A stretch of 64,000 bases of DNA, taken from Natronospirales bacterium (GTDB lineage: Bacteria > Pseudomonadota > Gammaproteobacteria > Natronospirales > REEB76). Made by a program: the position numbers and the translations under genes. Location of the stretch: contig JAJYUH010000001.1 of the NCBI GenBank assembly GCA_021792635.1, positions 280,710 to 344,709 of the forward strand, in the 5' to 3' direction. Under the pieces are notes generated by a model that saw only the letters and a program-made list of their open reading frames with translations, was not told the DNA's origin and did no database searches. This document shows positions 46,987 to 57,454 of the stretch, one piece after another; the first letter of the stretch is position 1; each line of letters opens with the position of its first letter.

Positions 46987-48072
46987 GTGGAATTCATTGA
47001 TCTCAAGACGCAATACCGCCGCATTGAACAGGATGTGAATCGCCGCATCAGGAGCGTGCTTGAGCATGGGCAGTATATTCTTGGGCCGGAAGTTGCCGAA
47101 TTGGAAGAACAGCTGGCGGCTTATGTGGGCGCTAAACACAGTATCGCCGTCTCTAGCGGCACGGACGCCTTGCTGATTGCCATGATGGCAGTGGGGGTGG
47201 GTCCAGGCGATGAAGTAATTACACCTGCCTTTACCTACATCGCCACCGCTGAGACCGCGCGTGTCCTGGGAGCTAAACCCGTGTGTGTGGATATTGACCC
47301 CAGGACCTATAACATTGATCCGGGCTTGATTGAAGCCGCGATTACTCCGAAGACCAAGGTTATCATCCCGGTTAGCCTCTACGGTCAATGTGCGGATATG
47401 GAAAGGGTCAATGCCATTGCTAGGAAGCACAATCTGCCCGTTATCGAGGATGCAGCCCAGAGTTTCGGCGCGACTTACAAGGGCAGAAAATCATGCAATC
47501 TATCCCTGATCGGCGCCACCAGCTTCTTCCCGTCAAAACCACTGGGTTGTTATGGCGACGGTGGCGCGTTGTTCACGAACGATGACGAACTGGCAATCGC
47601 CATGCGGCAAATCAGCCGCCACGGTCAGGACAGACGTTATCATCACATACGCGTGGGCGTGAATGGCCGTATCGATACTTTGCAGGCGGCAGTGTTGTTG
47701 GCAAAATTGCCGTTGTTTGATGAGGAAATAGCGAAGCGCGTGGAGATTGGCGGTCGTTATACAGAGATGCTTAATGGCAGCGTCAAAACGCCGTTCGTCA
47801 AGATGCACAATATCTCCGTTTATGCCCAATACACTGTGGCTGTGGACAATCGCGAACAGGTGATTTCTTCCCTGAAAAATGCTGGTATCCCAACCGCGGT
47901 CCATTACCCGCTGTCAATCCATCAACAGCCTGCATTTAGCGAATCAGGCATTCATTTACCGCACTCAGAACGCGCGGCGACCAGAGTCCTCAGTTTACCG
48001 ATGCATCCATATCTTGGGCGTGAAACGCAAACACGAGTTGTTGATGAATTGCGCGCTGCCCTGGAAGGCTGA
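46987..48072 (+). CDS. wbpE: DegT/DnrJ/EryC1-family PLP aminotransferase, WbpE-like
   Basis: 'MEFIDLKTQYRRIEQDV...' N-terminus, 'SFFPSKPLGCYGDGG' (PLP Lys). 361 aa. GTG start. Confidence 0.8.
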   Translation: MEFIDLKTQYRRIEQDVNRRIRSVLEHGQYILGPEVAELEEQLAAYVGAKHSIAVSSGTDALLIAMMAVGVGPGDEVITPAFTYIATAETARVLGAKPVCVDIDPRTYNIDPGLIEAAITPKTKVIIPVSLYGQCADMERVNAIARKHNLPVIEDAAQSFGATYKGRKSCNLSLIGATSFFPSKPLGCYGDGGALFTNDDELAIAMRQISRHGQDRRYHHIRVGVNGRIDTLQAAVLLAKLPLFDEEIAKRVEIGGRYTEMLNGSVKTPFVKMHNISVYAQYTVAVDNREQVISSLKNAGIPTAVHYPLSIHQQPAFSESGIHLPHSERAATRVLSLPMHPYLGRETQTRVVDELRAALEG

Positions 48073-48286
48073 CAGAACGTTATGTCTGTGTTGCCGGAGG
48101 AGTTTTCGGAGTTATTTCAGGGAAGGCACATTATTGGCAGTCAGTCCCAACGGCCGATTCTCTTAGAAATACTGGCATACTTACCTGTCTTAACTGCTAC
48201 CCATTAAGAGACCTTGCGTTTCCGAGCTGGGAACAGCCAGCAGAGTAAATGCTCACTTTGCACCTGCATTGTAGACGAAATAGCTT

Positions 48287-49198
48287 ATGTACAATTGCCT
48301 TTTCGAAGAACCCTGGTGGCTGGATGCGGTCGCTCCTGGAGCATGGCATGAAGTGACTGTTGAAAAGGGTGGGGTTATCTACGCCAGGCTTCCATTTGTG
48401 CTGCGCCGGCGATTTGGCCTCAGAATGGTAACCATGCCAAGCCTGACACAGACGCTTGGTCCCTGGTTAAGGCTGGATTCACCGAAGTATGTGAATCGTC
48501 TGGCATTGGAAAAGGAATTGATGCTTTCTCTGATTGAGAAATTACCGAAGTACGATATTTTTTTTCAGAACTTTCATTCCTCGATTACCAACTGGCTGCC
48601 GTTTTATTGGAGTGGATACTCTCAAACTACCCGATATACCTATGTCATAAGTAACGCGCGATCGCTTGAAGAAATATGGTCATGTATGAGTGACAAGACG
48701 CGCAACGAAATCAGGAAGGCTGAGAATAAACATGGATTAAGAGTAGAGGAGAAGCGGGATCTTGACGCTTTATACAATCTTATTGTGGCAACATTCAGCC
48801 GGCAGGGGAAATCGGTACCGTATTCAAGAGCGCTGCTTGAACGAATTGAATCGGCGTGCACGGCAAGAGGGCGTGGACAGACATTTATATGTAGCGACGG
48901 ATACGGCAAGCGGTGTGCGGCAATCTATGTAGTGTGGGATCAAAAATCAGCCTATTATCTTTTAAGTGGCAGCGATCCAAAATTGAGAAACACGGGCGCA
49001 TTGAGTTTCCTGCTGTGGCACGCAATTAAATACCTGCATTCGAGAACAGCGTGCTTCGACTTTGAAGGTAGTTGGGTACAATCCATCGAAAGTCATTTTC
49101 GCAGTTTCGGTGGGAATCAAACACCATATTTCAACATCACGCGGGCCAACAGTCTTGGCAGAATTTATCTCAAAGCTCGGACTAGATTTCGTCGGTAA
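48287..49198 (+). CDS. FemAB-like/GNAT (Acetyltransf_6-like) protein
   Basis: 303 aa. Overall resemblance to EPS-cluster FemAB-type acyl/aminoacyl transferases ('AIYVVWDQKSAYYLLSGSD...'). By-eye call only. Confidence 0.4.
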   Translation: MYNCLFEEPWWLDAVAPGAWHEVTVEKGGVIYARLPFVLRRRFGLRMVTMPSLTQTLGPWLRLDSPKYVNRLALEKELMLSLIEKLPKYDIFFQNFHSSITNWLPFYWSGYSQTTRYTYVISNARSLEEIWSCMSDKTRNEIRKAENKHGLRVEEKRDLDALYNLIVATFSRQGKSVPYSRALLERIESACTARGRGQTFICSDGYGKRCAAIYVVWDQKSAYYLLSGSDPKLRNTGALSFLLWHAIKYLHSRTACFDFEGSWVQSIESHFRSFGGNQTPYFNITRANSLGRIYLKARTRFRR

Positions 49199-49267
49199 TA
49201 TTTAGAATAGAGACTCCCGATAAATAAACGTGATAATTACGCTCCCCATCAAAGAGAATCCACGGGC

Positions 49268-49978
49268 ATGATGAATCGCATTTTAGGGTCCGTCCACCGG
49301 CGTGGCATACGCAAGACCATCGTTATTGGTCTTCGCTATCTCTGGCACAACGTTACCGCCACCCGCTATCTCTGGGATCGTTTGTTTGATTTGCGCTACG
49401 GAACAGATACCTATGCGCCGCTGGAAGTAAACAAGTTAGGCGTGACCGGTGACAATCTATGGCATGCGTCTGCGTATCATCCCGCGCGTGCAGCGACATT
49501 TATTTCGCTCATGAAAGTTTTGAAGTTGCCACCGACTTATGGCTTTGTGGATCTCGGCTGCGGAAAAGAGCGGGTGCTGTTAATGGCGGCACAATTCGGT
49601 TTCAGGGTTATCCGGGGTGTGGAATTTTCTTCTGTTCTTTGCAAAATTGCACGATGTAATGTCGAAAAATATATCCGATTCGTGCCGGCGGCAAGTGTAA
49701 TCAGTGTGCACTTGGCTGATATCACCGAGTACGAGTTACACGCAGACGAGCACGTTTATTTCATATTTAATGCATTCGACAATATCGTCATTGATAAGTT
49801 GATTATGCGGTTTCAGCGCTCCCTGGAGTTGCACCCACGTCCTCTCTACGTCATATACAATAATCCAATATACAAAAGTGCTTGGGACGCCAGCGAATTG
49901 TTTCAGACACACCACGAATATACATTTCCAAACGATCGTATCGCTGTTTACTCGAACGCGACGAACAATGTTGGTTAA
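49268..49978 (+). CDS. class I SAM-dependent methyltransferase
   Basis: Motif I 'FVDLGCGKERVLLMAA' and post-I acidic 'GVEFS'. 236 aa. Confidence 0.5.
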   Translation: MMNRILGSVHRRGIRKTIVIGLRYLWHNVTATRYLWDRLFDLRYGTDTYAPLEVNKLGVTGDNLWHASAYHPARAATFISLMKVLKLPPTYGFVDLGCGKERVLLMAAQFGFRVIRGVEFSSVLCKIARCNVEKYIRFVPAASVISVHLADITEYELHADEHVYFIFNAFDNIVIDKLIMRFQRSLELHPRPLYVIYNNPIYKSAWDASELFQTHHEYTFPNDRIAVYSNATNNVG

Positions 49979-50082
49979 TATATTCTGCAATACACCGGCA
50001 CGGAGTTCTGACTGACAAAAAACCTATTTTATTGTTTATATCCAGAATTGAATCAGATTCGCGTGTTTATGCTCTTTAACGC

Positions 50083-51522
50083 GTGGTATTCCAAGAATGG
50101 AAAAGCAAGCTTGTGAAACTAATCGTTGAAATGCCTATTGGTTGCGAGTCGGAGAAATCATATATCGCACAGGTGATTCTGGGCGATTTTCTTGGTTTGG
50201 ATTTCACGTTGATATTTTCCGTATCTTTGACGGAAATCCGCGTTTTCGATGATGCTGGCCGCGAATTGATCATGCCGGATGTATTTTTCAGAGACGCGAC
50301 GGACCATTGGCTTGCGAAAGATTCGTTACCAGCATTTCCGTTGCAAAAGCTGCGACGCGCTGATTTGCGGTTCCCCGTGCCGTCATTGTATAGCGACCTT
50401 CCAGTTATCTATGGACAGTGGCGAAGAGATACGGAACCATCGGTATCGGTGACTTCCATGCAGGTCAGGTGTGGCATTGACGTATTTGGATCGTGTTTCT
50501 TTATGCTCTCCCGCTACGAGGAAGCCGTTTCCGTCGAACGCAACAGGTACGGAAATTTCTCATATTCCGCATCCATATTCGCCCACGATGATCTGGTTCT
50601 GAGACCACTGGTGAATGAGTACCTTGAATTGCTCTGGGCATGTTTGAGCCATCTGTGGCCCGGGTTGGAACGGCGCAACCGATCTTACCGCCCGGTACTT
50701 ACTCACGATGTTGACCGGCCGCTTTCCATGCAGCATCTGGGCATCATGGGGCTGGGTAAAAAACTTGCTGCGGGATTGCTTTATTACCGTGACCTTGATT
50801 TGACGCTGCGGAGATTGAGGGGATTCATTCAAGCGAAACGCGGCGATCACGATGCGGATTCATTCAACACGTTTAATTTCATCATGGACACCGCCGAACG
50901 CCATGGATTGCGCAGCGCCTTCTACTTCATCACGGATCACAGCGCCGGTCGCCTGGACGGTGATTACAACCTTCAGGATCCATGGATACGGCGGCTGTTA
51001 CGGAAAATCCATGACCGTGGACACGAAATCGGGCTGCATGGCAGTTACAATACCCATAAAGATCAGAAACAGATCAACCGCGAGGTTGAAATACTCAGAA
51101 CGATATGTGCCGAAGAAGGTTTCAATTTAGGAATAATCGGGGGCAGGCAGCATTACCTGCGCTGGGAAGTGCTTGATACCTGGGATATCTGGGATCGCGC
51201 GGGACTTGCCTACGACAGTAGCGTGGGATTTGCAGAGCATGTGGGTTTCAGAGCCGGTACCTGCTGCGAATACACCGCATACAGCCTTCGCCAACGAAAG
51301 CCATTAAATCTCAGGGAACGTCCAATTATTGTAATGGACACCACCCTCGCGGCGGGAGAGTTCATGGCCCTTGACCTGGATGCCGCCAAACCGCTGGTTC
51401 TGGATTTGATAAAAACATGCAGGTTCTATCGCGGTGATTTTGTCTGCCTGTTCCACAACAGCAATCTTGAAACCAGGGCTCAGAAGCGGTTTTTCTCTGA
51501 AGTTGTGGCAGAAGCAGTCTGA
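50083..51522 (+). CDS. polysaccharide deacetylase-like (CE4/NodB-like) protein
   Basis: 'LTHDVDRP' and 'HEIGLHGSYNTH' resemble CE4 Asp/His metal-site motifs. 479 aa. Start uncertain. Confidence 0.4.
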   Translation: MVFQEWKSKLVKLIVEMPIGCESEKSYIAQVILGDFLGLDFTLIFSVSLTEIRVFDDAGRELIMPDVFFRDATDHWLAKDSLPAFPLQKLRRADLRFPVPSLYSDLPVIYGQWRRDTEPSVSVTSMQVRCGIDVFGSCFFMLSRYEEAVSVERNRYGNFSYSASIFAHDDLVLRPLVNEYLELLWACLSHLWPGLERRNRSYRPVLTHDVDRPLSMQHLGIMGLGKKLAAGLLYYRDLDLTLRRLRGFIQAKRGDHDADSFNTFNFIMDTAERHGLRSAFYFITDHSAGRLDGDYNLQDPWIRRLLRKIHDRGHEIGLHGSYNTHKDQKQINREVEILRTICAEEGFNLGIIGGRQHYLRWEVLDTWDIWDRAGLAYDSSVGFAEHVGFRAGTCCEYTAYSLRQRKPLNLRERPIIVMDTTLAAGEFMALDLDAAKPLVLDLIKTCRFYRGDFVCLFHNSNLETRAQKRFFSEVVAEAV

Positions 51523-51523
51523 G

Positions 51524-52822
51524 ATGTCGTTTGCTTCCCGCATATCATGGCTGATTCCAAAAGGAAGAGCCGGCAGAAGCATAGTCGCCTTGGCGGGAGG
51601 TACCGTCATGGCCCAGGTGATTACCGCTACGGCTCTGCTCTTTGTTACCCGGCTATATACGCCGGCCGAGATAGGCATCATCTCGCTTTTTCTTTCTTTC
51701 TTCGCATTTTGGTCGCAACTGCTTTCATGGCGATACGAGTATGCGCTGTTCGTTGCCAGGGATGATTACGAATCCTATCGAGTGTTCAGGCTCGGCATCA
51801 GTCTTGTTCTTGCCATGTCGGCACTGTCAGTGCCGGTACTCTATGGCCTTATAAGAGGAAACACACTGGGGTTTGGTTTGCTGCCAATCTGGAGTCCATT
51901 GGCCGGGATGCTGATTTTTGCCGGCTATGGAATTTTTGTACTGCACAGGATATGGGGGTTGCGCAGCGGATTGGTCAGGAACGTCAACAAGGCCACCGTG
52001 TCCCGGGCGGCATCCACTGCGGTCGTCCGGGTTGTCCTTGGATTCGCCGGTGGTGGTGTGGCCGGGCTGTTTGCCGCGGAATTTGCGGGAGCATGGGGTG
52101 CGACCGCTGCGCTTCATCCTGCAGTTCGCAAACGTTATTCCGCAAGCCGCCCGGCGATCTTCTGGCAGGGCTTGCTCGCAGTAATGAAGCGGTATTCGAA
52201 ATTCCCGAAATACGATATGCCTTCCACGATAATTGATCAGCTCGCACTGACACTGCCCATCCCGATAATCGCATCGCTTTATGGAGCGCAGGCGGCCGGA
52301 TGGTTCGGATTGGCCCGGATGGTCGTGGCACTTCCGAATGCACAACTGGGCAGGGCCGTATCCGATGTTTTCCAAATGGAACTGGCGCAGAAGGTGCGCG
52401 CAGATGACTTTGCAGCCGCACGCCGGCTTTTCCATACATTGCTGCGCAAGCTGAGCCTGTTCGGCCTGCTTCCGCTAGCCGGCGTGATGATTCTCGCTCC
52501 CATATTCGTACCCTGGGTGTTCGGCAAACCGTGGGCTGAAGCGGGTATCATCATGGCGTGCATTGCGCCATGGCTGTATGCGGCGCTCGTGGTCAGCCCA
52601 TTGAGCGGGCTGATATCGGTTCTTGAGCGTCAGGAATACAAATTCATATATGACATCTCGACATTGATTTTGATTGGATTGGTTTATCTGGCCGGGCGTC
52701 AGTGGTCTTTGGGTTTGATCACGGTGGTAATGCTGCTTGCCATCGCAAATATCATTGGTTATGCGATTTATCTGTTAATATTTCTGCGCATCATCTCAAG
52801 GCACCTGAAATCGAGTACCTGA
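51524..52822 (+). CDS. wzx: Wzx-type oligosaccharide flippase (polysaccharide biosynthesis/MOP family)
   Basis: About 12 TM helices. N-terminus 'GRSIVALAGGTVMAQVITATALLFVTRLYTPAEIG' is typical of O-unit flippases. ATG 51524 follows the upstream stop. Confidence 0.7.
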   Translation: MSFASRISWLIPKGRAGRSIVALAGGTVMAQVITATALLFVTRLYTPAEIGIISLFLSFFAFWSQLLSWRYEYALFVARDDYESYRVFRLGISLVLAMSALSVPVLYGLIRGNTLGFGLLPIWSPLAGMLIFAGYGIFVLHRIWGLRSGLVRNVNKATVSRAASTAVVRVVLGFAGGGVAGLFAAEFAGAWGATAALHPAVRKRYSASRPAIFWQGLLAVMKRYSKFPKYDMPSTIIDQLALTLPIPIIASLYGAQAAGWFGLARMVVALPNAQLGRAVSDVFQMELAQKVRADDFAAARRLFHTLLRKLSLFGLLPLAGVMILAPIFVPWVFGKPWAEAGIIMACIAPWLYAALVVSPLSGLISVLERQEYKFIYDISTLILIGLVYLAGRQWSLGLITVVMLLAIANIIGYAIYLLIFLRIISRHLKSST

Positions 52823-52823
52823 C

Positions 52824-54731
52824 ATGTGCGGCGTGATTACTCTCCTGCATGATAACGCGGCTTGCGAAGCCCACATCGGCGCGCTCTCGGATAAGCTCGC
52901 CCGTCGAGGCCCGGATGATCATGCCTGGCTCGCCTGGTCCGGTAACACGTTTACATCCGGAAGAGAGGAGCCGGTTGCGCGCGGCAAGGTGATCATGGCG
53001 CATCGCCGTCTATCCATTATTGATTTGTCAACTGATGGGCGTCAGCCCATGGCCTCGGCGGATGGGAAGCTGCACATTGCGTATAACGGCGAGGTGTACA
53101 ACTACCGCGAATTACGCATGGAACTTGAATCCCTCGGTCATGGCTTTCGCACGCGCACCGATACCGAAGTCATTTTGGCCGCTTTGAGCCACTGGGGCCT
53201 GGATGTTGTGCGACGATTCAAGGGCATGTTCGCCTTTACCTTGCTCGATGTGCAACGCCGGAAACTTTACGCGGTGCGCGATCATTTCGGCATCAAACCC
53301 ATGTTCTACTGCCGGTTTGCAAACGGATTGGCATTTGCTTCCGAAATCCCACCCCTTTTGACATTACCGGGTGTGAAGCGCGAGCTTAATCCCCAGGCGG
53401 TTTACGACTACCTTCAATTCGGGAACACGGACCACAACAACGAAACGATGTTTGCCGGGGTCCGGCAGCTTCCGCCGGCGACGATTCTTGAAGTGGATGT
53501 GGATGCAATTTCATTTCAAGAACCGGTGAAATATTGGAAACTTGGTCTTGAAGAGAATGACTGTGGCGGGTATGGCGAAGCCGTCGAACGTGTCAGAGAC
53601 CTGTTCCTGGAAAATATCCGCTTGCACCTGCGTAGCGATGTGCCGATCGGTTCTGCACTCTCCGGAGGTATTGATTCTTCTGCCATTGTATGTGCAATCC
53701 GTGAAGTTGATTCTCAGGCTGATATTCGCACGTTCAGTTACATTGCTCCCGGAGCGCTCTCCGAGGAGAAATGGGTGGACTTGGTCAACAACCGCGTCGG
53801 AGCGATGAGCGTGAAAGTCCGACCCGATGTTGAAGATATGCTTCGAGATCTTGATGATCTCATTACAATTCAGGGTGAACCCGTCGGCAACACCAGTATC
53901 TATGCCCAATATTGCGTGTTCCGTGCGGCGTCACAGCATGGGATCAAAGTCATGTTGGACGGACAGGGGGCTGACGAGTTGCTGGCCGGTTATGTGGGCT
54001 ATCAGGGGAGCTTTCTCGCGGAGCTGGTAAAACAGAAGCGCTTCTTGTCAGCGCAGCGGTTTTTACGCAAATCCTCGCGTTGGCCCGGGAGAAGCAGCAG
54101 CCTGATCGTTCAATTGGCGACGCGGCAACTGCTGCCACCTCGCTTGCAGGCATTGGGCCGCAGGGCAATCGGCAAGGCTCTCACTCCGGATTGGGTGAAT
54201 ATAGGATGGTTTCAGGATCGTGGTGGCAGATTTTCGCTGCCAAACATGCGAAAGTCCGGCGCACACTGTCTGCGGGAAAGTCTGATTGACACTTTGCAAA
54301 GCACGTCCTTGCCGGCACTATTGCGCTACGAAGATCGCAACTCCATGCGGTTTTCCATCGAGAGCCGTGTGCCGTTCCTGACTTACGATTTTGCCGAGCT
54401 CGTAATCGGTCTTCCGGCAGAATATCTGATTCACGAAACCGGCCGCAGCAAGAACATCTTCAGGCAGGCGATGCGGGGGATTGTTCCGGATCAAGTGCTG
54501 GATCGGCGCGACAAGATCGGATTCGCAACCCCGGAGAACATCTGGGCAAGCAAACTGCAATCTCAATCCATGGAAATGATGCACGATACGCATTTCGGAA
54601 AGCTTTTTAATCCGGATAAATTACCAGCTCACATCGAGCATTTGGTCAGGAACGTCAAAAAGCGTGATTTTCGTATGTGGAGACTCATTAATTTTTGGAA
54701 GTGGGTTAAGTTGTTTGACGTAAAGTGTTGA
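52824..54731 (+). CDS. asnB: glutamine-hydrolysing asparagine synthase-family amidotransferase (AsnB/WbpS-like)
   Basis: N-terminal 'MCG' nucleophile Cys2 and 'SGGIDSS' PP-loop. 635 aa. Confidence 0.9.
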   Translation: MCGVITLLHDNAACEAHIGALSDKLARRGPDDHAWLAWSGNTFTSGREEPVARGKVIMAHRRLSIIDLSTDGRQPMASADGKLHIAYNGEVYNYRELRMELESLGHGFRTRTDTEVILAALSHWGLDVVRRFKGMFAFTLLDVQRRKLYAVRDHFGIKPMFYCRFANGLAFASEIPPLLTLPGVKRELNPQAVYDYLQFGNTDHNNETMFAGVRQLPPATILEVDVDAISFQEPVKYWKLGLEENDCGGYGEAVERVRDLFLENIRLHLRSDVPIGSALSGGIDSSAIVCAIREVDSQADIRTFSYIAPGALSEEKWVDLVNNRVGAMSVKVRPDVEDMLRDLDDLITIQGEPVGNTSIYAQYCVFRAASQHGIKVMLDGQGADELLAGYVGYQGSFLAELVKQKRFLSAQRFLRKSSRWPGRSSSLIVQLATRQLLPPRLQALGRRAIGKALTPDWVNIGWFQDRGGRFSLPNMRKSGAHCLRESLIDTLQSTSLPALLRYEDRNSMRFSIESRVPFLTYDFAELVIGLPAEYLIHETGRSKNIFRQAMRGIVPDQVLDRRDKIGFATPENIWASKLQSQSMEMMHDTHFGKLFNPDKLPAHIEHLVRNVKKRDFRMWRLINFWKWVKLFDVKC

Positions 54732-54777
54732 TGTTGTAAACAATAACGCACGCGAGCGGAATCATTCCAGAAAATAC

Positions 54778-55920
54778 ATGTACAGAATCTGCATAGTGAC
54801 TTCCATACACCCTGATTATGACAAACGAGTATGGAGACATGCAAAGTCCCTGGCGGCGTCTGGTGCAGAAGTCCATCTTATCTGTCCCTGGGATATTCCT
54901 TGTAGATCTGTAATTGACGGCGTTCATATTATCTCGTTCGAGAGGGTTCAGGGAAGAAAATCCAGGCTCTTCAAGCTCCCATACCGCATAGCGCCGCTCA
55001 TTATGAAAATAATCCGCCACGTGGATCTGCTGCATTTCCATGACATAGATCTGCTGCCCATGATGATGCTTGCCAGATTCATCAGGCCCGTTGTGTATGA
55101 TGTGCATGAGAATTACCCGGACGAGATGCTGGTCAGATATTGGGTGCCGGATCTGCTCAGAAAGCCGCTCTACTGGCTGGTGAGGTCCGGGCAATACTTG
55201 GCCTCACTGGTCATCCGGAATATTGTGCTGGTCGTCCCGGCTCAGGAACGGGATTTTCCAAAGAGATTTGTCAGAAAGACCATTGTGAGAAATTATGGCT
55301 CGACAGCCTTGCTGGAGCAGGTATCCGGAGATTATCCTAGCCGGGCTCGCCGGGTCGCTTTCATCGGCTCGCAATATCCGGAGAACGGCACTTTTCTGGT
55401 ACTCGAGATCGCAACATGTCTGAAGGCATCTGGCGTTGAGGTCGAGATTTTGTGTTCGGATAGATTTTCAAGCAAAGCGTTGAGAGCAGAGTTTCTGAGA
55501 CGCGTTCAAGCTCTGGGGATCGAGCGTCACATTACTCTTGTCCCGAACGTACCCGCACCGGAGATAATGGATATATTGAACCAAGCGCGTATCGGATTGC
55601 TGGTAAACCTCCGTGTCCCAAAACAGGAAAAAGCACTGCCTACCAGATTATTCGAGTACATGGCCGCCGGATTGCCAGTGGTGGCAAGCGACTTACCGCT
55701 GATTGTGCACTATGTCAGCGATGCAAACTGCGGCTTATTGGCCAAACCAGAGGATCCACAGAGTTTTACCTCGGCAATCGCGCGTCTTCTTGATGACGAG
55801 AAGATGGCCATGAATATGGGACGGCGCGGTCAGCACGCATTTATTGATCGGTTCTCATGGGAGAGCCAAATACCTGGGTTACTTTCCTTCTACGATAAAA
55901 TACTGGGTGTCGCTAAATAA
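54778..55920 (+). CDS. GT4-family (GT-B) glycosyltransferase
   Basis: C-terminal 'RLFEYMAAGLPVVASD' (EX7E region). 380 aa. Confidence 0.75.
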   Translation: MYRICIVTSIHPDYDKRVWRHAKSLAASGAEVHLICPWDIPCRSVIDGVHIISFERVQGRKSRLFKLPYRIAPLIMKIIRHVDLLHFHDIDLLPMMMLARFIRPVVYDVHENYPDEMLVRYWVPDLLRKPLYWLVRSGQYLASLVIRNIVLVVPAQERDFPKRFVRKTIVRNYGSTALLEQVSGDYPSRARRVAFIGSQYPENGTFLVLEIATCLKASGVEVEILCSDRFSSKALRAEFLRRVQALGIERHITLVPNVPAPEIMDILNQARIGLLVNLRVPKQEKALPTRLFEYMAAGLPVVASDLPLIVHYVSDANCGLLAKPEDPQSFTSAIARLLDDEKMAMNMGRRGQHAFIDRFSWESQIPGLLSFYDKILGVAK

Positions 55921-56078
55921 TACGCCTTATCATGAAAATGCTTGCTGCGAGCCTGCTTGAAACTACAAACCTGCTTGCAATCTATGAGACCATTTCAAAA
56001 TCCCAGATAGAGGAAGAATAGAAGTTATGCACGATAATGAGTTTACAACCTCGGGTGAGTTACCATAAGTAACTATGT

Positions 56079-57356
56079 ATGAATGACGAGAATATAATGG
56101 CACGCCGCCAGGCCAGCATTGCAATTTCCTATGAAAGGCTATCCAAGTGGGCCGGAATGATGTTTTCTATTCAGTTTGTAGGAGTGAACCTTGCTTCGGA
56201 CTTATTCAGAATATCCGGTGCGCAACACAGCGATATCGTTACCGCGATCATTTTGTATGTTCCCACGGTGATCGCACTTTGTTTATTGACACCCAGTACC
56301 ATAAAAACGAAACATGGCTATCACATCTATCTTTGTTTGTGGCTGGTTATCTGCCTGACCGTTATATGGTTTGTTGTGGATAGTTTGCACGCTTCGGATA
56401 TTGCTTTGCAGACGGCTTATGATCTCAAGCGGCCTTACTTCTTTGTACAAGGAGTCACCTTGGCAGGGTTGGTCGGGTTGTTTGCAGTCACAAGTTGGCG
56501 TTCCTTCGCGCTGTCCTTCATGAAGTGGACGTTGGCGTCAAGTATCTTGGCATGTGGCTTATACCTATCAATCTATCATATGAATACGAGTGTTGGCCGG
56601 TTTGCGGGCGCTACGGCCTTGCAGCACGCTATCGTATTCAGCGCTGGGATATCTTGTGCGTTTGCTTTCCTGTTTCTTGCTGCAAAAGGATTGTTCCGGA
56701 GCAGGTTATTTACAATGCCGGTGCTTTGGGCGTCCATCATTTTTCTGACCACGGGCATCTTGGCTTCCGGGACACGCGCTGCTTTGCTCGGGGCGATGGT
56801 TTCTGGGGCGGCGTATATTGTTCTCATGTCGAAACGTGGTAGGTTTCGACGCGTAATCATTGTCATGTCGGGGCTGGTTTTTATCTCTGCCATCGCAATC
56901 CAGTGGGTCCCGCATGACTCGATTGATAGAGTGAGTCAAATCGAGGTAGGCGGACTAAATCAGCGAATCAAATTGATTGATCTGTCCTTTATCAGTTTCG
57001 AGAATCATCCGTTTGGTAAAACACGCCAATATATGCGGGCACTGGATGGCCAGAATTATGCCCACGACACAATATTGCAGATGCTTTTGGAGACCGGCGT
57101 TGTCGGCGCTCCCATTCTTTTCATCATCGTGATTCTTGCCGTGAGGGGTGCTTTCAAGTATTTCCGATCTGATCCAATAATGTCCGGGTTTATGCTTGTC
57201 TTGTTCTACTTCGTTCTACAATCTTTTTCGTCAGGCAGTGCGTATAATACGGAATTCTGGTTTTCGGTTGTATTCCTTGCGGCACTCACAAAACGTAATC
57301 TTATTGATAACCTGCAACCAGCGTTTACCATCATGGGGAAGTCAAACAGTGCATGA
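56079..57356 (+). CDS. wzy: O-antigen polymerase/ligase-family membrane protein (Wzy-like)
   Basis: More than 10 TM helices. 'SGTRAALLGAMVSGAAYIV' resembles the Wzy_C/O-antigen-ligase loop region. AT-rich gene. Confidence 0.6.
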   Translation: MNDENIMARRQASIAISYERLSKWAGMMFSIQFVGVNLASDLFRISGAQHSDIVTAIILYVPTVIALCLLTPSTIKTKHGYHIYLCLWLVICLTVIWFVVDSLHASDIALQTAYDLKRPYFFVQGVTLAGLVGLFAVTSWRSFALSFMKWTLASSILACGLYLSIYHMNTSVGRFAGATALQHAIVFSAGISCAFAFLFLAAKGLFRSRLFTMPVLWASIIFLTTGILASGTRAALLGAMVSGAAYIVLMSKRGRFRRVIIVMSGLVFISAIAIQWVPHDSIDRVSQIEVGGLNQRIKLIDLSFISFENHPFGKTRQYMRALDGQNYAHDTILQMLLETGVVGAPILFIIVILAVRGAFKYFRSDPIMSGFMLVLFYFVLQSFSSGSAYNTEFWFSVVFLAALTKRNLIDNLQPAFTIMGKSNSA

Positions 57357-57454
57357 CGATCATGCATTGTCATATTTTTGTTCAGAAGTATGACCAAAGA
57401 TAGTGTTGTAGTTGTATGGGGCCGTTAAATTCTCATACCTGAGCTTGTTATTTT

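Noticed and set aside
48081-48167. 28-codon ORF 'MSVLPEEFSELFQGRHIIGSQSQRPILL' at the GC transition after the wbpE-like gene.
   Set aside because: Too short, with no recognisable homology by eye. It may be a gene relic but cannot be supported.
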